Below, piece by piece: positions 59,227 through 64,000 of a stretch of DNA of 64,000 bases (position 1 is the first letter of the stretch; each line of letters begins with the position of its first letter). The position numbers were made by a program, and so were the translations under genes. The notes below the pieces were generated by a model. That model was not told where the DNA came from, searched no databases, and worked only from the letters and a program-made list of their open reading frames with translations. Location: assembly GCA_050251055.1 (NCBI GenBank), contig JBFWNL010000001.1, positions 171,825 through 235,824 of the forward strand, read 5' to 3'. This stretch comes from Bacteriovoracia bacterium. Lineage in GTDB: Bacteria > Bdellovibrionota > UBA1018 > JBFWNL01.

Positions 59227-62200
59227 TTTTCACCTCCGGCGACGAAGTCCGACGTGATTAGGTTTTTCCGGTCGAGCTGCTTCTGGATTTCGGGATCTTC
59301 GAGGTTGGTGATGACTTCGAGTTTTCCGTTTGGCATCAGCACAATGTAAAAGTCATGGAGATCCGCAAGCGAGTCTTCCGTCAGGGTTTCCTGGATTTGG
59401 TTGAATTTTTCCGCGACCTTGGTGAAGACTTCATTGTCGAGCGTGTTCTTGATCGTGTGTCCGTTGCCGGCGTTCGCGTTGCGGTTCTTGTCGCTGGCGG
59501 CCATGCCTTGGCGGACGACTTTAAGCGCGTAGCCGCGAGAAAGGTGGATCTTCACGGGGCGATTCCAGTTGTCTTTTAGGCGCGTTTCCAGGCGCTTGAG
59601 CTGAAGCGCGAGCACGCCCAAACCTTGATCTTCGGTAAATGGGGTGAAGATGCAAACCTTGCTCGAAATCCGGCTCCAGATGAAGTCGGGGATCTGCCCG
59701 CGCTCGAGATTCTCCTCGTTCGTGCGCACCAGCCCGCCTTGGGCGATGCGGTCGATAAAGAGCGCCTCGTTGTCGGCGTTGACTTCGGCCATGCCGGATT
59801 CGAGTGAAATCGCCTGAATGTCCTTCGCCGCGTAATTGGCGGTGAGGATTACGAGGGTGCTGCGGAAGTCGAGGTAGTCATCGTCGTTCTCGCCGGATAA
59901 GGGGTAGCGTCCTTCCTCGAGAATGGGGTGCAGGGCCTTAATGACGTCGGGCTCGGCCTTGTCGATTTCGTCAAACAACACAATCCGGGGCTTGCTGCCC
60001 ATTTCCTTGAGCTTGGCGGCATCTTTGGACGAGATGAGCTGCGAAGGACCGGCGGCCAAGTTGATTGTATAGAGGGGGAACTTGAGCACATCGGCGAGCG
60101 CGCGAGCGCTTTCGGTTTTGCCCACTCCTTTGGGGCCGATGAAGAGAAACGTCCCGTAGCCGCGCGTCTTGTCGTACATGCGGGTCCGGATCATAGAAGC
60201 CGCCTGGGCGAGGCGCTCGATCGCGCGATCGTGGCCGACGATGCGCTGGTGCATTGCCGCTTTGAAGGAGTCGTCGTCGTGGGAAATTAATTTGACCTGG
60301 TAGGTCGCCTCCGCGAACTGTCCCAGAACCTCGGTGTTTACGAGGGTCGGCTGATTGCCGGAAACGGCGGCTTGCTGGGTGCGGGCGTAAGCGCCAATTT
60401 CCGCGAGCGTGGTGAGGGTCCGCTCAGGTTCGGCGAGTTCCGGGTGAAATTGCGCGGACATTTCGAAGACGCGAGCCAGGACGTCGTCGCGGAATTGGAC
60501 GGCGTGACGCATCTGGATCTGGTAGAGCTGGGATCGGACGATGGCGCGGAGTACGTCGCCCTGGGGTGGCTGTACGTAAATGGTGCGGGCCAGGGTGTCG
60601 AGCACCGGGTTGTTCTTCTTGGCTTGTTCCCAGTGCTTATCTTCCGTAATGGTGACGATGAGCATGGAGCGGCTTTCGAGGTCGCTTACGTCGTTGCCGT
60701 TCGCCAAGCTGTTGAATGCGCCCATGAGCAAAGTCAGCTGTTCGCTCGCTCCCATGTTTCCTTGCTGTTTAAGGAAATTGTCGATCACGAGCGCGGCGCG
60801 CTTGCGCCAGAATACCTTACGCAGCTCGCCCCACGGGTTCGGCGCGGTCTTCGCCGCGTCGTTCGGCCCTGCGCTTGCCCGGGCGTTTTCGATTTTGATC
60901 CCGGCTTCCCAAGTGGATTGGATTTTTTCGGGGGGAATTCCGATCAATTTAAAACTCTCGATCTCGCGCGGCAGGGTCAGCTTGTTAGCCCACGCCAGCT
61001 GGTTCGCTAGGTCTTGGACCACGTCGGCGGCATTCACCCCGCGAGGAGCCACGATATTGATCCAGCCCGTGGAGCCGTAGACGAGGTTGCCTAACAGGGC
61101 CTGTGAGTATTCGGGGCGGTGGACGACATTCATGCTCTCGCCGAGCTCCGCGCGCTGGGTATAGTCGGTGAATTTGTGCTCGCGCAGGACTTTGTGGTCT
61201 TCGTCGCTCAGGCGGTTACGGAGGCTGTAGTTCGCGGTTTCGAGCTCGGACCCGTCGTAGAGCACCAGATAGCGCTCCCATTGCCCGTTGGCATTGCGAT
61301 TCTGCACCGTGGCTTGGTTATTGATGATTGAAAACTTCTTGCTTGCGTTGCCGGGACGGGAAAAGGAAACGCGGACGGATTGGGTGCGCGTGTCGTACTT
61401 CAGGAAAGAGAGCTTCTGCGAGGCGGATTCGCTCAGATCGCCCTCCAGAAAAAAGATGCCTTCGCGGATGATCGAGACGCGCATCGCGAGCTGGGAAAGA
61501 TCGAAGTTCGCGGGGGCGAGTTCGGTTAGCGCTCCCTCTTGGGTGGCATAGTATAAAGCGGCTCGCTTACTCTGCGGGGATTGGCCTACGAAGTAAAAGC
61601 CGGACGAAGATACGTCGCTCGTCACGATCTGGCTAAACGGGGTTACGGGAAAATCCTTCACTTGTTTTCCGTCGTTGCTGGCGTAGGTCAGGATTTTCTG
61701 GCCATTTACCTTGCGGGTGACGAGCACGCCGCCGGCGATGGGGTAGAGATCTCCCGCGGAGGGCGGCGTTCCTGGCAAGATGAGGCGCTTCTCATCGATT
61801 TCGAAGCGTAGTTTGGCGTTCTGGCGAAGTACCCAAGGGAGGGCATTGGGGTTGCCGACTTGAATGCTCACGAAGCCGATTTGGTAGCTGCCGTTTCCGC
61901 TATTTTGCGCTACTTGCGGGATCGCGGGCTTTGGTTCACCGGGGCCCGCGATTTTCACGTCGCGCGTCAGTGTGCCGGGCTGATCGGGGTTGTCGATGAC
62001 ACAAGAAGCGACGTTGTATTGCGCGACGATCCCGCCGTTTCCGCGCTCCAGGGTCAAGGAGGTCTGGTCTTGATAGTAAAGGCCGGGCTTAATCGTCGCC
62101 TTGTATCCGTCTTTTCTGAGTCGCGCCTGAAGGAGCGTGGCCTCGTCTTCGGGGAGCGCGAAGTAATGGTAAGAAGGAGCGGTGCCTTTGGCTGCCTGGG

Positions 62201-62264
62201 CAAGCGTGGCGGAAAAAAGCATGAGACCGCTGATGGCTAAAAAGGAACTCACCTGTGATTTCAT
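59223..62264 (-). CDS. Signal peptide + beta-rich domain + ClpA/B-type AAA+ ATPase (degenerate D1)
   Basis: AQA signal; FTDYTQRAELG D1 remnant; D2 GPKGVGKT, LFDEIDKA, LEEGR, DFRSTLVILTAN; no GYVG loop. Confidence 0.85.
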   Translation of the reverse strand: MKSQVSSFLAISGLMLFSATLAQAAKGTAPSYHYFALPEDEATLLQARLRKDGYKATIKPGLYYQDQTSLTLERGNGGIVAQYNVASCVIDNPDQPGTLTRDVKIAGPGEPKPAIPQVAQNSGNGSYQIGFVSIQVGNPNALPWVLRQNAKLRFEIDEKRLILPGTPPSAGDLYPIAGGVLVTRKVNGQKILTYASNDGKQVKDFPVTPFSQIVTSDVSSSGFYFVGQSPQSKRAALYYATQEGALTELAPANFDLSQLAMRVSIIREGIFFLEGDLSESASQKLSFLKYDTRTQSVRVSFSRPGNASKKFSIINNQATVQNRNANGQWERYLVLYDGSELETANYSLRNRLSDEDHKVLREHKFTDYTQRAELGESMNVVHRPEYSQALLGNLVYGSTGWINIVAPRGVNAADVVQDLANQLAWANKLTLPREIESFKLIGIPPEKIQSTWEAGIKIENARASAGPNDAAKTAPNPWGELRKVFWRKRAALVIDNFLKQQGNMGASEQLTLLMGAFNSLANGNDVSDLESRSMLIVTITEDKHWEQAKKNNPVLDTLARTIYVQPPQGDVLRAIVRSQLYQIQMRHAVQFRDDVLARVFEMSAQFHPELAEPERTLTTLAEIGAYARTQQAAVSGNQPTLVNTEVLGQFAEATYQVKLISHDDDSFKAAMHQRIVGHDRAIERLAQAASMIRTRMYDKTRGYGTFLFIGPKGVGKTESARALADVLKFPLYTINLAAGPSQLISSKDAAKLKEMGSKPRIVLFDEIDKAEPDVIKALHPILEEGRYPLSGENDDDYLDFRSTLVILTANYAAKDIQAISLESGMAEVNADNEALFIDRIAQGGLVRTNEENLERGQIPDFIWSRISSKVCIFTPFTEDQGLGVLALQLKRLETRLKDNWNRPVKIHLSRGYALKVVRQGMAASDKNRNANAGNGHTIKNTLDNEVFTKVAEKFNQIQETLTEDSLADLHDFYIVLMPNGKLEVITNLEDPEIQKQLDRKNLITSDFVAGGEK

Positions 62265-62347
62265 TCCAGTCCTTTCCCGTTTTGACGCACCGTATTATAT
62301 TTGCGGCGGTTTCGCAAGTTGGTATTGGATGAAAAAAGTCGGTTTAT

Positions 62348-63640
62348 TTAGGGGCTTACCGTTGATTCGAGGCTGTCGGTAAGCGCCTTGGGCAGCAGGG
62401 CGAGGGCCCGTTCCGAGGCATCCAGATATTCGTTTCTCCAGCGGGGTTGGCCACCGGAGGGCGGTTGATCGAGCTCCAAGCACCCGGATAAGCGCCGAAG
62501 CAGGAAGAGGTACTCTAGGCGCTCGGGGGCCCGGCCCGTGAGGGAGGTGGCTAGCGCGTCAACCGAGCCAATATAGATATGAGCGCCGAGCGCCTGTACG
62601 CTCGCGAAGGAATCCTCTTGGAACGACGCGGGGTCGAGTTTCCGACGCATCTCCAGCGTCTGGATCGCGTAGTTTAATAAGGAACCCCCCGGAGGGTTGG
62701 CGAGCAGATTTCGACTGGCCTCCTCTTGCACCCTCCAGGCGGATGGAGAGACCTCGTTGTCGGCGACCAGTCCCGCGAGGATCTGCCGCTGTACTTCCGT
62801 CTTTCCCCAGTTGGCGATCTGGGCTTTGAGCTGGGCTTGGTTTTCCACCAGCTTGGCCCGCCGATCGAGATACGATTCGATTTCACCGCGAATTCGCATG
62901 ACTTCGGCCAGTAGCCCGGCCGCGCTCGGCATATCCGCATTTTCTTCCAGAGCGGTTTGAAGCTCACGAAGATCCCGTAGAAACTCTTCCGGCTTCGTGT
63001 AGTCTCGTTCGGTGTAACGCCGCTGCGTGAGCTTCACGTAGTGGGTAAAGAGCGCCAGCTCCATCTGGTGCTGGTAGGCATCGAGCTGGTTTTTTGGAAT
63101 CGTCGCTTCGAAGAGATCGAATCCAAGGCGGAATCTATGGCGGTAGTTAGCGGGAAAGCGCACGGCTTCCAAGAGCCGTGAAAAGTCCTTGAACTGCGTC
63201 GCGGTATTGAGGCCGGGTAGCCAACCCCGCAACCGATCGGCCCATTGCATAGGCTGGAGTTCATAATCTTTTTTAAGGGAGCTGAATTTTTTTAAGAGCG
63301 AGGTCACGGTTTCCTCGCCCGTGGGGAGGCGAGGGGACGGGACGCCGATGCTTCCCTTAGGCGCGGGGGCGGGCTCCAAGTAGCCCAATCCTCGCTCCCT
63401 TCGGCTTTTTCGGAGCTGCTCGCAAAGCGCCTGGTCCTCGCTATCGAGCTCCTTGGAGGTTTCGCAGGCGAATGCCAAGCTGTCACAGAGGGCGGCGTCC
63501 CGGCCCGATAGGGTCGGCAAGTGAATGCAAGTATTGATGGTAAAACTCACCAGCCGGGGATCGGAAAAAAACTGATACGCCTCCGCTGGCCTAGGCACTA
63601 GGCTGCCGAGGAGCAGAATCAGGGCGCCCGTTCGTCTCAT
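62348..63640 (-). CDS. Secreted paralog-family hypothetical protein
   Basis: Signal MRRTGALILLL...AEA; YQFF...C...C-x6-C...DQALC; C-domain HIYIG...LELDQPPSGGQPRWRNEYLD. Confidence 0.8.
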   Translation of the reverse strand: MRRTGALILLLGSLVPRPAEAYQFFSDPRLVSFTINTCIHLPTLSGRDAALCDSLAFACETSKELDSEDQALCEQLRKSRRERGLGYLEPAPAPKGSIGVPSPRLPTGEETVTSLLKKFSSLKKDYELQPMQWADRLRGWLPGLNTATQFKDFSRLLEAVRFPANYRHRFRLGFDLFEATIPKNQLDAYQHQMELALFTHYVKLTQRRYTERDYTKPEEFLRDLRELQTALEENADMPSAAGLLAEVMRIRGEIESYLDRRAKLVENQAQLKAQIANWGKTEVQRQILAGLVADNEVSPSAWRVQEEASRNLLANPPGGSLLNYAIQTLEMRRKLDPASFQEDSFASVQALGAHIYIGSVDALATSLTGRAPERLEYLFLLRRLSGCLELDQPPSGGQPRWRNEYLDASERALALLPKALTDSLESTVSP

Positions 63641-63999
63641 GGCTTGGCCGCCTCCTGGGAGAGCAATGGCATGAGCGTTTGCAGCTGGGACGAACGATCT
63701 TGATAGTCCGTCCACCAGCGGACTTGCTCGCCTTGAACGGGCTGATCGAGGTTTAACCGGGCCCGAAGCTCCGTGAGCAGGGCAGCGACCTGGATCTTTG
63801 CTTCCGCCGACTCCGCCGGCATCTGCAGAAGCGCGCTTACGGCGCCGATGTACGCGTTGGCGGCCACGCTTTGCAGTCCTCCGAAATCAGGGGAGGTCCG
63901 CAAGTCGGGATCCTGCAGGGTGCGGAGTTCGTAGATGGCCAGCAGGCGCGCGGGGAAAGTATTTTGCGGTTCGCGAATCGAAAGCGTGGTTTGCGCGAA
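63637..63999 (-). CDS. Paralog-family protein, C-terminal part (5'-truncated by window)
   Basis: Frame open to the window edge; NAYIG...LNLDQPVQGEQVRWWTDYQD; ATGA overlap with the next gene. Confidence 0.75.
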   Translation of the reverse strand, partial: FAQTTLSIREPQNTFPARLLAIYELRTLQDPDLRTSPDFGGLQSVAANAYIGAVSALLQMPAESAEAKIQVAALLTELRARLNLDQPVQGEQVRWWTDYQDRSSQLQTLMPLLSQEAAKP

Positions 64000-64000
64000 G

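Noticed and set aside
55969-62264. Housekeeping clpA/clpB or T6SS clpV assignment
   Set aside because: Signal peptides, no Clp N-domain, degenerate D1, no M-domain and no T6SS genes nearby.

Overview
GC-rich (about 60% by eye) bacterial chromosomal segment, most consistent with a Bdellovibrionota/Oligoflexia-type organism. This is inferred from the TIGR02147 family gene, the PBECR2-like protein, several PilZ and HD-GYP proteins and many secreted proteases. Most of the window is housekeeping or metabolic: glpX, lnt, maiA/fahA, exbBD-like, yraN, rsmI, accD, lptD, surE, rhlE-like, HU/IHF and a uppP-like gene. Non-coding features missed by the ORF track are a tRNA-Arg(CCT) whose 3' end runs into a 32-bp inverted repeat, a candidate ~110-nt sRNA/attenuator upstream of a GAF-HD-GYP gene, three sigma-54 promoter matches and many apparently leaderless genes. 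A variable region at 35.6-42.9 kb contains an extremely AT-rich spacer and a chimeric duplication scar built from the ends of both flanking core genes. The most striking system is a largely translationally coupled minus-strand operon from 52 kb to the window end. It encodes two signal-peptide-bearing Clp/Hsp100-type AAA+ ATPases (D1 degenerate, D2 Walker motifs intact; one fused to a vWA domain), a secreted trypsin-like protease and a family of paralogous Cys-patterned secreted proteins, one of them frameshifted. No CRISPR array, rRNA, integrase or transposase was seen.
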